From Acidobacteriota bacterium (GTDB lineage Bacteria; Acidobacteriota; UBA4820; DSQY01): a stretch of 64,000 bases of DNA. The stretch's first letter is position 1. Each line of letters begins with the position of its first letter. Shown here in pieces: positions 51,572-60,799 of the stretch. Below the pieces are notes generated by a model, which was not told the DNA's origin, searched no databases, and saw only the letters and a list, made by a program, of their open reading frames with translations. Where the stretch lies: assembly GCA_049967655.1 (NCBI GenBank), contig JBMFSH010000001.1:117836-181835 (forward strand), given 5' to 3'. The position numbers and the translations under genes were made by a program.

Positions 51572-53544
51572 CCCTGCCCCAGGGCTGCCACGGCCCGGCT
51601 GAGGCGCCGCTCCCCGACGGGGAGGGCCGGCGCAAGGTCTTTCTCGTGGGGAACCCGAACGTCGGTAAGAGCGTGCTCTTCAACGCGCTGACCGGCTCCT
51701 ACGCCGTGGTGTCCAACTATCCGGGCACGACGGTGGAGGTCTCCCGCGGGAGCGCCGAGCTGGGCGGCGGGCGCTGGGAGGTGATCGACACCCCCGGCAT
51801 GTATTCGCTGCGGACCATCACTGAGGAGGAGCGCGTCTCGCGCGATCTGATCCTCAGGGACGAGGGGACCATCGTCCACGTGGTGGACGCCAAGAACCTG
51901 CCCCGCATGCTCCCGCTCACCCTCGAGCTCTGCATGATGGGACGCCCGCTCGTGCTGGCCCTGAACCTCATGGACGAGGCCACCCAGGCGGGGGTCAAGG
52001 TGGATACGCGGGCGCTCTCGGCCGAATTGGGCATCCCGGTCGTGGAGATGGTTGCCACGCGGGGCAAGGGGATCCAAGAGCTGAAGACCATCCTGACCGG
52101 GCCCATCCCTCCGCCGCCCTCCCCCAAGGTCTCCTTCCCGCCGAGGCTGGAGGAGTCCCTGGAGGCGCTGCGCCCGCGGATCTCCGGCGGCGCCTGGCGG
52201 TTCTGGGCCCTGCACGCGCTGGAGGGGGACGCCCCGGCGCTGGAGAGGGCGGACCTCCCCGACGAGCTCCTGCGCACCCTGCGAACGAGGGCCGGGCTGG
52301 GCCCCCGGCGCGGGGCCCCTTCGGCCCTTGTGGCGAAGTCCTTCCACGCCTCCGCCCAGGCCGTGCTGGCCGTAGCCTACAAGGACGGGACTCGCGGGAA
52401 GGTGGCCCTCCAGGAGCGCCTGGACCGCCTCCTGCTGAATCCCTGGACGGGCTTCCCCATCCTGGCCGTCATCGTCTACGTGGGGCTCTACCAGTTCGTG
52501 GGGGTCTTCGGCGGCGGGACCGTGGTGGACTTCCTGGAGACCACGGTCTTCGGCCACTACGTGAACCCTTACGTGGAGGCGCTGTTCGCCCACCTGGTGC
52601 CGTGGATGTGGCTCCGCACCCTCTTCGTGGGGGACTACGGCATCTTCACGCTCGGGCTCCGGTACGCCATCGCCATCATCCTGCCCATCGTGGGCACCTT
52701 CTTCCTAGCCTTCTCGGTGCTGGAGGACTCGGGGTACCTGCCCCGCCTCGCCATGATGCTGGACCGCATCTTCAAGGCCATCGGCCTGAACGGAAGGGCC
52801 GTGATCCCGCTGGTGCTGGGCTTCGGGTGCGACACCATGGCCACCATGACGACGAGGATACTGGAGACGAAGCGGGAGCGGGTCATCGCCACCTTCCTCC
52901 TCGCCCTCGCCATCCCCTGCTCGGCGCAGATCGGCCTGCTCCTGGCCCTCCTGGCGGGCCATCCCGCGGCGCTGGCTCTCTGGGCGGCCATCGTGACGGG
53001 CGTGTTCCTCCTGGCCGGAACCCTCATGGCGCGGCTGCTGCCGGGCCAGAAGCCGGCCTTCTTCATGGAGCTTCCGCCCCTCAGAATGCCGGTCTTGAGG
53101 AACGTCTGGAGCAAGACGGTGAGCCGCATGGGCTGGTACTTCCTGGAGGTCTTCCCGCTCTTCATCGTGGCCTCGGTGATGATCTGGGTCGGCCAGATCA
53201 CCGGGATCTTTCCCAAACTGCTGGAGGCCATCGTGCCCCTGGTCAAGGCCCTCGGGTTGCCGCCGCAGACGGCCGTGGCCATCCTCTTCGGCTTCTTCAG
53301 GAGGGACTACGGAGCGGCGGGGCTCTTCGACCTGCGCCACTCGGGGGTCATGAACGGCGTCCAGCTCCTCGTGGCCACCGTCACCCTCACCCTCTTCCTC
53401 CCGTGCATCGCGCAGTTCCTCATCATGCGAAAGGAGCGGGGCTGGAAGGTAACCCTTCTCATGTCCGGGGTCATCCTCTTCATCGCCTTCGGCGTGGGGT
53501 GGGGGCTCAACGCCGTCCTGGTGGCGGCCAAGGTGACGCTGTGA
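51562..53544 (+). CDS. feoB: Ferrous iron transporter FeoB
   Basis: GNPNVGKS, NYPGTTV, DTPG, NLMDE, LEDSGYLPR, GFGC, IPCSAQ, MELP. Confidence 0.95.
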   Translation: MALTLPQGCHGPAEAPLPDGEGRRKVFLVGNPNVGKSVLFNALTGSYAVVSNYPGTTVEVSRGSAELGGGRWEVIDTPGMYSLRTITEEERVSRDLILRDEGTIVHVVDAKNLPRMLPLTLELCMMGRPLVLALNLMDEATQAGVKVDTRALSAELGIPVVEMVATRGKGIQELKTILTGPIPPPPSPKVSFPPRLEESLEALRPRISGGAWRFWALHALEGDAPALERADLPDELLRTLRTRAGLGPRRGAPSALVAKSFHASAQAVLAVAYKDGTRGKVALQERLDRLLLNPWTGFPILAVIVYVGLYQFVGVFGGGTVVDFLETTVFGHYVNPYVEALFAHLVPWMWLRTLFVGDYGIFTLGLRYAIAIILPIVGTFFLAFSVLEDSGYLPRLAMMLDRIFKAIGLNGRAVIPLVLGFGCDTMATMTTRILETKRERVIATFLLALAIPCSAQIGLLLALLAGHPAALALWAAIVTGVFLLAGTLMARLLPGQKPAFFMELPPLRMPVLRNVWSKTVSRMGWYFLEVFPLFIVASVMIWVGQITGIFPKLLEAIVPLVKALGLPPQTAVAILFGFFRRDYGAAGLFDLRHSGVMNGVQLLVATVTLTLFLPCIAQFLIMRKERGWKVTLLMSGVILFIAFGVGWGLNAVLVAAKVTL

Positions 53545-53741
53545 TCACCTGCGCCATGTGCGGGAGGAGCTACGACGCGGACCAGAGCGCGGGGGCCTGC
53601 TCCTCGTGTGTCCTCATCACCAAGGGCTGCGGCAGGGTGAAGTGTCCCCACTGCGGGTACGAGAACCAGCGGCCCCTCATGGATGCGTTCTCCCAGATGA
53701 AAGACCGATGGAAGGAGCTTCTGCATGGTTCACGAAAATGA
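53541..53741 (+). CDS. Small Cys-rich (7 Cys) FeoB-associated protein
   Basis: CAMC...CSSC...C...CPHC; GTGA overlap with feoB. Confidence 0.75.
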   Translation: MITCAMCGRSYDADQSAGACSSCVLITKGCGRVKCPHCGYENQRPLMDAFSQMKDRWKELLHGSRK

Positions 53742-54363
53742 GATCACCGAGGCGGAGCAGGAGATCCTGGAGCGCCTGTGGCAGCACGAAGTGGAGGGGT
53801 GGCCCCTTCCTCCCGGAGCCGAGAGCGAGGTGATGGAGCTGGGGCTTCAAGCCAAGGGCTGGGTCAAAGGGGGCGGCCTGCGGCTTTCGGCCGCGGGCCT
53901 GGAAGTGGCCCGGCGCGCCATCCGCCGCCACCGGCTGGCGGAGCGTCTGCTAGCCGATCTCATGGGGGTGGAGCAGGAGCAGGCCGAGGAGCACGCCTGC
54001 GTTCTGGAGCACTCCCTCGTGGAGGGACTCGCCGAGAAGGTCTGCACCTTCCTCGGCCATCCCCGCGTCTGCCCCCACGGCCATCCCATCCCGGAAGGCC
54101 CCTGCTGCAAGAAGGCGGCGGCGAGCGTGGAGGCGGTCATCTCCCCGCTGGACCACATGAGGCCCGGCGAGGAGGGGCTCATCGCCTACCTGGCCACGCC
54201 GCAGAACGGCGACCTTCAGAAGTTCCTCTCCATGGGAATCCACCCGGGCGATTCCATCGCCCTCGTCCGAAAGACGCCCTCCGTGGTCTTCCGCTGCGGC
54301 CACTCGCAGTTCGCCGTGGACCGTGAGCTGGCGACCCAGGTCTACGTGAGACGGCACGAGTAG
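53725..54363 (+). CDS. DtxR/MntR-family metal-binding protein with C-terminal FeoA domain
   Basis: RRHRLAERLL, LEH, CPHGHPIP, MGIHPG. Confidence 0.88.
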   Translation: MVHENEITEAEQEILERLWQHEVEGWPLPPGAESEVMELGLQAKGWVKGGGLRLSAAGLEVARRAIRRHRLAERLLADLMGVEQEQAEEHACVLEHSLVEGLAEKVCTFLGHPRVCPHGHPIPEGPCCKKAAASVEAVISPLDHMRPGEEGLIAYLATPQNGDLQKFLSMGIHPGDSIALVRKTPSVVFRCGHSQFAVDRELATQVYVRRHE

Positions 54364-54432
54364 ATGGTGGATTGATGATGGATGAGGGATGAGGGAAAGC
54401 GCGCGGTCCCGCGCCGTCTCCCTCTGCCCCCT

Positions 54433-54488
54433 CGCTTCCTAACTTCCTAACTTCCTAACTTCCTGACTTCCTCACTTCCTAACTCTCT
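54433..54488 (+). repeat. AACTTCCT octamer array (7 units)
   Basis: CGCTTCCT AACTTCCT x3 GACTTCCT CACTTCCT AACTCTCT, between convergent genes. Confidence 0.9.
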
Positions 54489-54890
54489 CTACCTCGCCGC
54501 CTTTTCGACGATCTTCTCCAGCGTGTCCGCCACCATGTCGGCGAAGGGCTTCAGGTCGGTCCGGCCGGTGAGGCCCATGAGCTCGTGGGGCTCGATGGCG
54601 CCCAGGATGGTCCTGCCTCCCTCCCGGCGGACGATGCAGGTGCACGGCAGGAGGAGCCCGATGTTGGGCTCGGCGCAGAGGGCTTGGTGGGCTATGGGGG
54701 GGTTGCAGGCCCCGAGGATCACGTAGTCCGTGAACTCCTTGCCCAGCTTCTGCTTGATGGTGGCCTTCACGTCAATTTCCCACAGCACGCCGAATCCGTT
54801 GGCCTTGAGCGCGTCGCGCATGGCCTGCAAGGCCGCCTCGAAGGGCTTGTCGGTTTCCGCGTAGATTCCGTACTTCTCTTTCCGGGACAT
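54489..54890 (-). CDS. DUF302 protein
   Basis: GFGVL.EID, YVILGACNP, IGLLLPC. Confidence 0.92.
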   Translation of the reverse strand: MSRKEKYGIYAETDKPFEAALQAMRDALKANGFGVLWEIDVKATIKQKLGKEFTDYVILGACNPPIAHQALCAEPNIGLLLPCTCIVRREGGRTILGAIEPHELMGLTGRTDLKPFADMVADTLEKIVEKAAR

Positions 54891-55013
54891 GCATGCCTCC
54901 TGGCGGCTCGGCCGCCGAAATGCCGGAGCAATGGCCGCGCCGGCGCCTCGGAAGGCGGCCGGCGGGCACCGGCACAGATGGGGTCAGATGCCCTGGGAGT
55001 TCCCAGGTAACCG

Positions 55014-55358
55014 TCAGGGGTTCTCCTGGATCACCAGCCCCACGCTCTTGTTGAGGATCTTGAAGGCGCTCTCGACCTTGCCCGTGACGGTGCGCTCCTG
55101 GCCTTCGGCGGGCAGAGCGCCGGAGGTGGTCACGGTGATCTCCCCCGAGCCGTCGTCGAGCGTGAAGAACCCCTCCGTCATGAAGGGCATCTTGGTCACC
55201 GAGGTGACCTTGCCCCTGACCGTGACGGTCTTGTTCTCGTATTGGTCGGGGTGGGCTTTGATGTCGGCGATCTTGACGGGCAGAAGCGAGCAGGCCGCGA
55301 GGAGCAGGAAGAGCAACACGGCCGTGCCCGAGATCGGGCGCTTGTGGAGGGGAGCCAT
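55014..55358 (-). CDS. OB-fold lipoprotein
   Basis: LAAC lipobox, VTVRGKV, LDDGSGEI; AAGGAGG RBS. Confidence 0.75.
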   Translation of the reverse strand: MAPLHKRPISGTAVLLFLLLAACSLLPVKIADIKAHPDQYENKTVTVRGKVTSVTKMPFMTEGFFTLDDGSGEITVTTSGALPAEGQERTVTGKVESAFKILNKSVGLVIQENP

Positions 55359-55518
55359 GGGATATCCTCCTTGCCCACATCCTACCCGAGCCGGCGTCCG
55401 GCGTCCACGCAGCACGCTTTCGGCTCGACCAGGCCGGGAGCCGGGCCGGAGCGCCGGGAATTTTCTACGTGTCCCGGTGTTCGATAGGAAGTCGAGGCTC
55501 TTCCCGCGGACGGCCGTC

Positions 55519-55548
55519 TTGACAGCAATCGGCCGACGGGGGTATAAT
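55519..55548 (+). promoter_or_regulatory. his operon sigma70 promoter
   Basis: TTGACA-18 bp-TATAAT. Confidence 0.85.
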
Positions 55549-55570
55549 TAAGAGCTTGAAGGAGCCGTTC

Positions 55571-55657
55571 ATGGCCGGTCGCCTCTCTGCCGTTCTCCCC
55601 ATTCTCCATCACCATCACGGGATCTCTGCGGCCGGAGGGTGCGGGCCCGCTGTGTGA
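55571..55657 (+). CDS. hisL: his operon leader peptide
   Basis: AAGGAG RBS; MAGRLSAVLPILHHHHGISAAGGCGPAV* with CAT CAC CAT CAC. Confidence 0.85.
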   Translation: MAGRLSAVLPILHHHHGISAAGGCGPAV

Positions 55658-55680
55658 CGGCGGTGCACGCGGCAGAAGCA

Positions 55681-55711
55681 GAGCCCTCCAGAGACGGAGG
55701 GCTTTTTTGTT
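55681..55711 (+). terminator. his attenuator terminator
   Basis: AGCCCTCC-AGAGAC-GGAGGGCT hairpin followed by a T-run. Confidence 0.88.
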
Positions 55712-55728
55712 GTCCCGAGGAGCGCGAG

Positions 55729-57045
55729 ATGGCCGAAGGATCGTTGACGATGAAGGTGCTGACCTTGGAGAGCGAGGCCGCGGTGTGCGAGGTGCTGAAA
55801 CCCCTGCGGGGTGAGGCGACGGCCTCGGAGGCGGTGGTGGAGTCGGTCCGGTCCACGCTCGCCGAGGTGAGAGCGCGCGGCGACGAGGCGGTATTGGAGG
55901 CCGTGCGCGCCCACGATTGGCCCTGTCCCTCCGCCGGCGCCCTGCGCGTTCCCGCGCGGGAGCTCGAATCGGCCGCCCGCTCCCTGCCGGCCGCCCTGCG
56001 GGAGGCCCTGACGGAGGCGGCCCGCTCGATTCGGCGCTTCCACGAGGGGCAGCGCCCCGCCACCTGCGCCCCGCTGGAGGCCGGAGGACTGCGCGCCGGA
56101 GTTAGAACGCTGCCCCTGGCCTCCGCCGGGCTGTACGTCCCCGGCGGGAGGGCGGCCTACCCTTCGACCCTCCTGATGCTGGCCATCCCCGCCCAGATCG
56201 CCGGCGTAAGGCGCATCGCGGTGGCCTCGCCCGCCAGGCCGGAGGGCCTGCCGAACCGGGCGGTGCTGGCCGCCGCCGCCCTCCTCGGATTGGAGGAGGT
56301 CTACGCGGTGGGCGGCGCCGCAGCCGTCGCGGCCCTGGCCTTTGGCACGCCCTCCATCCCGCCCGTGGACAAGATCCTCGGCCCCGGCAACGCCTACGTG
56401 GCCGAGGCCAAGCGCCAGCTCTTCGGCTGGGTGGGCATCGACGCCATCGCGGGCCCCACCGAGCTCGTCATCCTCTCCGACGGCTCCTCGCCCGCCGCCT
56501 GGGTGGCCGCCGATCTTCTGGCCCAGGCGGAACACGACGCCGTGGCCTCGGCCCTCCTCCTGACCACTGATCCGGAGGAGCCCGAGCGGGTCCTCGGTGA
56601 GCTCGAACGCCGCCTGGACTCCTCTCCCCGCGAGGCCATCCAGCGGCAGAGCCTGAAGGCTCGGGGGGCGCTCATCGCGTGCGGCAGCCGGGCCGTGGCC
56701 TGCGCGGCCGCCGAATTTCTGGCCCCCGAGCACCTCAGCGTGCAGGCGGCGGAGCCGGAGGCCTGGGCCGAGGCGGTGCCCTCGGCCGCCGCGGTCTTCC
56801 TCGGCCCGTGGGCGCCGGAGGCGGCGGGTGATTACGGCGCGGGGCCCAACCACAGCCTCCCCACGGGAGGCACGGCCCGGTTCTCCTCCCCCGTGGGGGT
56901 CTGGGACTTCGTGCGGTGCCAGTCCTACCTCTCCCTGGACCGCCGGGCCTTCGAGGCCATGTCCGGATGGATGGAGCTCATCGCCGAGGCGGAGGGGCTC
57001 TGCGGCCACGCCGCCTCCCTTCGCGTCCGAGGGGGCGTCTCGTGA
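55729..57045 (+). CDS. hisD: Histidinol dehydrogenase
   Basis: GLYVPGG, GPGNAYV, AGPTE, DLLAQAEH, APEHL, GDYGAGPNHSLPT. Confidence 0.96.
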   Translation: MAEGSLTMKVLTLESEAAVCEVLKPLRGEATASEAVVESVRSTLAEVRARGDEAVLEAVRAHDWPCPSAGALRVPARELESAARSLPAALREALTEAARSIRRFHEGQRPATCAPLEAGGLRAGVRTLPLASAGLYVPGGRAAYPSTLLMLAIPAQIAGVRRIAVASPARPEGLPNRAVLAAAALLGLEEVYAVGGAAAVAALAFGTPSIPPVDKILGPGNAYVAEAKRQLFGWVGIDAIAGPTELVILSDGSSPAAWVAADLLAQAEHDAVASALLLTTDPEEPERVLGELERRLDSSPREAIQRQSLKARGALIACGSRAVACAAAEFLAPEHLSVQAAEPEAWAEAVPSAAAVFLGPWAPEAAGDYGAGPNHSLPTGGTARFSSPVGVWDFVRCQSYLSLDRRAFEAMSGWMELIAEAEGLCGHAASLRVRGGVS

Positions 57046-58103
57046 GCCGCTTCAGGCCGGAGGTGGAGGCCATGGCGGCCTACACCATGCGCGAGGGCTC
57101 GTTCCCCGTCAAGGTCAACCAGAACGAGGCCCCCTGGGACTGGCCCGCCGAGTTCAAGGAGGAGGCGTTCCGCCTGGTGGAGGCCACGGCTTTCCACCGC
57201 TACCCTCCCTTCGACGAGGCGGCCCTGACCGCCGCCCTCGCGGACCGGTGGGGGCTCGAACCGGAGTCGGTGCTGGTGGGCAACGGCTCCAACGAGCTCC
57301 TCCAGGCCCTCTTCCTGGCCGCCCTGGGGCCGCGGCGGACGGTGTGCCTGCCGTCGCCCGGCTTCGCCCTCTACGGCCAGCTCGCGCTCCTGTGCGGGGC
57401 GAGGGCCGTCGAGGTGCCCATGGCCCCCGACCTGGCCTACGATCCGTCGGCCTGGCGCGCGGCCCTCCGGCGGGAGGGGCCGGAGGTTCTCCTCCTCTGC
57501 TCGCCCAACAACCCCACGGGCACCTGTTTCCCCGCCGGGGCCCTGGACGCCCTGCTGGACGAGACCCCCGGCCTCGTGGTGGTGGACGAGGCCTACGCCG
57601 AGTTCTCGGGGGAGGAGAGCGCCCGCCGGCTCCTGCCCCGCCGGGAGAACCTCGTCGTCCTGCGGACCTTCTCCAAGGCATGGGCCGGAGCCGGCCTGAG
57701 GCTGGGCTACGCGCTGGCGGCCCCCTCCGCCGCCGTCCAGCTCCGCAAGGCCCTCCTGCCCTACAACGTGAGTCCCCTCACGGCGGGCCTCGGTGCCCTC
57801 GCGCTGGCGCACGCCGGTTGGTTCGAGGAGAGGGTGCGCCGCGTGGTGGCGGAGCGGGAGCGCCTGCGCGCCGACCTGGGGCGCCTTCCGGGGCTCGCCG
57901 TCTATCCCTCGGAGGCCAATTTCTTCCTGGTGCGCCTGGCGGGACGCGAGGCCGGCCAGGTCCACGCCGAGCTGAAGGCGCGAGGGGTCCTGGTGCGCGA
58001 CGTCTCCCGCTATCCCATGCTTGAGGGCTGTTTGCGCCTGAGCGTGGGGACGCCCGAGGAGAACGAGGCCGTGGTGAGGGCCCTCTCCGAGGTGTTGTCG
58101 TGA
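57042..58103 (+). CDS. hisC: Histidinol-phosphate aminotransferase
   Basis: NQNE, GNGSNE, SPNNPTG, DEAY, RTFSK. Confidence 0.95.
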   Translation: MSRFRPEVEAMAAYTMREGSFPVKVNQNEAPWDWPAEFKEEAFRLVEATAFHRYPPFDEAALTAALADRWGLEPESVLVGNGSNELLQALFLAALGPRRTVCLPSPGFALYGQLALLCGARAVEVPMAPDLAYDPSAWRAALRREGPEVLLLCSPNNPTGTCFPAGALDALLDETPGLVVVDEAYAEFSGEESARRLLPRRENLVVLRTFSKAWAGAGLRLGYALAAPSAAVQLRKALLPYNVSPLTAGLGALALAHAGWFEERVRRVVAERERLRADLGRLPGLAVYPSEANFFLVRLAGREAGQVHAELKARGVLVRDVSRYPMLEGCLRLSVGTPEENEAVVRALSEVLS

Positions 58104-58945
58104 CTCGGGCGAGGGGGTTTGACGCCCTGATCCTGGACATGGACGGCGTCCTCCTGGACACCCGGCGCAGCTTCACCCTGGCCACGCTGCTGTCGGCCCG
58201 CGCCTGCGCGGAGCCGCCCGACCTGGGCGAGGAGTGGACCACGGCCGAGGTGGAGCGGCTGAGGCTGGCGGGTGGCTTCAACAACGATTGGGACGCCGCC
58301 GCCGCGCTGTGCCTGCTGGGGCCGCGCAGCCGGCCGGGCCCCGCGTGGAACGCCCTCTGCGAAAAGCTCGCTCGGGGGGGCGGCGGCCCGGCCGCCGTAA
58401 AGGCGCTGGCGGGTGAAGAGGAGTGGGCGCGGGCCAGGCGGAAGGTGGAGCCCGTCTTCCAGTGCCTCTACGCCGGCCCGAGGGCCTTCGATCTCTATGG
58501 GCTGAAGCCGGCGCACGAGCGCGGCCTCCACGAGGAGGAGCTCCCCATGGCCACACCGGCCGAGCTTCTGGAGACGGGCCTTCCCTTCGGGATCTTCACG
58601 GGCCGCACCCGCGAGGAGGCGGAGCTGGGGCTCGATCGCCTGGGGCTCGCCCTGCCGCCGGAGCGGCTGGTGTGCGATTCCGAGCCGCGCTTTCGCAAGC
58701 CCAGGCCCGACGGGCTGCTCGTGCTGGCCGAGGCGCTGGGCGCCCGCCGCCCGCTGCACGTGGGCGACACGGTGGACGATCTGCGCTCGGCGCTGGCCGC
58801 CCGGGTGGCCGGGCTCGCGGTGCGCTTCGCGGGCGTGGCCGCCGAGGGCGGCCAGGCGGAGCGAAGGCTGCTCGCCGAGGGAGCCGACGCCGTGCGACCT
58901 TCGCTGCGAGGCGTCTTCGCTTGGATGAAGGAGGAAGGACTATGA
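58100..58945 (+). CDS. HAD-family hydrolase, candidate histidinol-phosphatase
   Basis: DMDGV, GGFNNDWD, TGR, KPRP, GDTVDD; located inside the his operon. Confidence 0.8.
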   Translation: MTRARGFDALILDMDGVLLDTRRSFTLATLLSARACAEPPDLGEEWTTAEVERLRLAGGFNNDWDAAAALCLLGPRSRPGPAWNALCEKLARGGGGPAAVKALAGEEEWARARRKVEPVFQCLYAGPRAFDLYGLKPAHERGLHEEELPMATPAELLETGLPFGIFTGRTREEAELGLDRLGLALPPERLVCDSEPRFRKPRPDGLLVLAEALGARRPLHVGDTVDDLRSALAARVAGLAVRFAGVAAEGGQAERRLLAEGADAVRPSLRGVFAWMKEEGL

Positions 58946-59505
58946 TCCGCAGAACCGGAGAAACCCTCGTGGAGGTGGAGTGGAAAGTCCGCGGGAAGGG
59001 CCCCACCCGCGTGGAGACGGGCATCGGCTTCCTGGACCACATGCTCGAATCGTGGGCCTTCCACGGAGGGTTCGGCCTCCGGCTGAAGGCGGAAGGGGAC
59101 CTCTGGTTGGACTCCCACCACACCGTCGAGGACGTGGCCCTGGCCCTCGGCGAGGCCATGGACGAGGCGCTGGGCGACCGCGCGGGCCTGGCGCGGTTCG
59201 GCTGGGCCTACGCCCCGCTGGACGAGGCGCTGGCCCGGGCAGTCGTGGATTTGGTGCGCCGGCCCCACTGCGAGGTGTCCCTCCCGCCGCTGCCGCCCAT
59301 GATCGGCCAGCTTCCCTCCGAGATGGTGCCGCACTTCTTCCGCTCCCTGGCCACGGCCGGCCGCTTCACCCTCCACCTGGACGTGCTCCGGGCGGAGAAC
59401 GGCCACCACGCCGTGGAGGCGGCCTTCAAGGCGCTGGCGCTGGCCATGGGCCAGGCGGTGGCCGTGAAGGGCCGGAGCGCCCGCAGCACGAAGGGAGCGC
59501 TCTGA
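58942..59505 (+). CDS. hisB: Imidazoleglycerol-phosphate dehydratase (monofunctional)
   Basis: TGIGFLDHML, HHTVED, PLDEAL, NGHHAVEAAFK, STKG. Confidence 0.96.
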   Translation: MIRRTGETLVEVEWKVRGKGPTRVETGIGFLDHMLESWAFHGGFGLRLKAEGDLWLDSHHTVEDVALALGEAMDEALGDRAGLARFGWAYAPLDEALARAVVDLVRRPHCEVSLPPLPPMIGQLPSEMVPHFFRSLATAGRFTLHLDVLRAENGHHAVEAAFKALALAMGQAVAVKGRSARSTKGAL

Positions 59506-60092
59506 TGGTCACCATCATCGACGCCGGCACGGGCAACCTGCGCTCGCTCCGCAACGCCCTCTCGGCACTGGGGCTGGAGTCCCAGGTGCTCCGGGAGCCG
59601 CCGCGCGAAATCGCCGGCTGCCTCGTCCTGCCTGGCGTGGGGGCCTTCGGCCACGCCGTGGGCGCGCTGGATGGGCGCGGCTGGCGCTCCTACCTCACGC
59701 GGGCGGCGGGCGCCGGGAGCCGGATCGTGGGCATCTGCCTGGGCCTCCAGCTCCTCTTCGAGCGCTCGGAGGAGAGTCCCGGAGCCGAAGGGCTCGGATT
59801 CATCCGGGGAACGGTGCGACGCCTGGATGCCTCGACCGCCAAGGTGCCCCACATCGGCTGGTCGCGCCTGCGCCCCACGGGGGATGAGCCGGTCCCTCCC
59901 TGGGCCTACTTCGTCCACTCCTACGCCGTCCGGCCGGAGGAGGCGGGGGTCGTGGCCGCCTGGGCCGACCACCCCGAGCCCTTTCCCGCCGTGGTCCGCC
60001 GGGAGAACCTCACGGGCGTGCAGTTCCACCCCGAGAAGTCGCAGGGCCCCGGCCTCGCCTACCTGAAGACGTTGCTGGGAGGCGCGCCGTGA
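59505..60092 (+). CDS. hisH: Imidazole glycerol phosphate synthase glutaminase subunit
   Basis: [30 protein letters not shown]. Confidence 0.96.
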   Translation: MVTIIDAGTGNLRSLRNALSALGLESQVLREPPREIAGCLVLPGVGAFGHAVGALDGRGWRSYLTRAAGAGSRIVGICLGLQLLFERSEESPGAEGLGFIRGTVRRLDASTAKVPHIGWSRLRPTGDEPVPPWAYFVHSYAVRPEEAGVVAAWADHPEPFPAVVRRENLTGVQFHPEKSQGPGLAYLKTLLGGAP

Positions 60093-60799
60093 TCGCCTGG
60101 GCCGCCGTGGACGTTTTGGAGGGGAGGGCCGTGCGCCTTCGTCAGGGGCGGCGGGAGGCCGCCACGGATTACGGCGGTGCCGCGGAGGCCCTGGAGCGGT
60201 GGGCCGACGCGGGCCTCAAGGCCCTCCACGTGGTGGATCTCGGCGCGGCCTTCGGCGGGGCGCCGTCGCTCCTCCCCCTTCTTCGGCGGGCGGCGCTCCG
60301 GCCGGACCTTTGGCTCCAGGTGGGAGGGGGCATCGCCTCGGAGGGCGACGCCCTTCGCCTCGTGGAGGCGGGCGCCCGCCGGGTCGTGGTGGGCAGCCTG
60401 CTCTTCCGCGACCGGGCCGAGGCGGGCCGGCTCGCCAGGGCGCTGGGGCCTCGGCGCTGCGTGGCGGCGCTGGATGTGCGGGGGGGGCGCGTGAAGGTGT
60501 CGGGGTGGCGCGCCGACGCGGGAGCCTCTCTCCGCGAGGCCATGGCCATGGCGGCAGAGATGGGCTACGGGGAGGCGCTCGTGACGGACATCGAGCGGGA
60601 CGGCGTGATGGCGGGCCCCAACTTGGAACTGTACCGGGAGCTGCCCGAGGGCGCCGCCTGCGTGGCGTCGGGCGGCGTGCGCTCCAGGACCGACCTGCGG
60701 GCCCTGGCCTCCCTGCCCGGAGTGGTCGGGGCCGTGGTGGGCCGGGCGCTGTACGAGGGGACGGTGAGGCCGTCCGAACTCGCGGAGTACCAGCCATGA
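60089..60799 (+). CDS. hisA: ProFAR isomerase
   Basis: AVRLRQG, LHVVDL, QVGGGI, TDIERDG, ASGG. Confidence 0.95.
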   Translation: MIAWAAVDVLEGRAVRLRQGRREAATDYGGAAEALERWADAGLKALHVVDLGAAFGGAPSLLPLLRRAALRPDLWLQVGGGIASEGDALRLVEAGARRVVVGSLLFRDRAEAGRLARALGPRRCVAALDVRGGRVKVSGWRADAGASLREAMAMAAEMGYGEALVTDIERDGVMAGPNLELYRELPEGAACVASGGVRSRTDLRALASLPGVVGAVVGRALYEGTVRPSELAEYQP

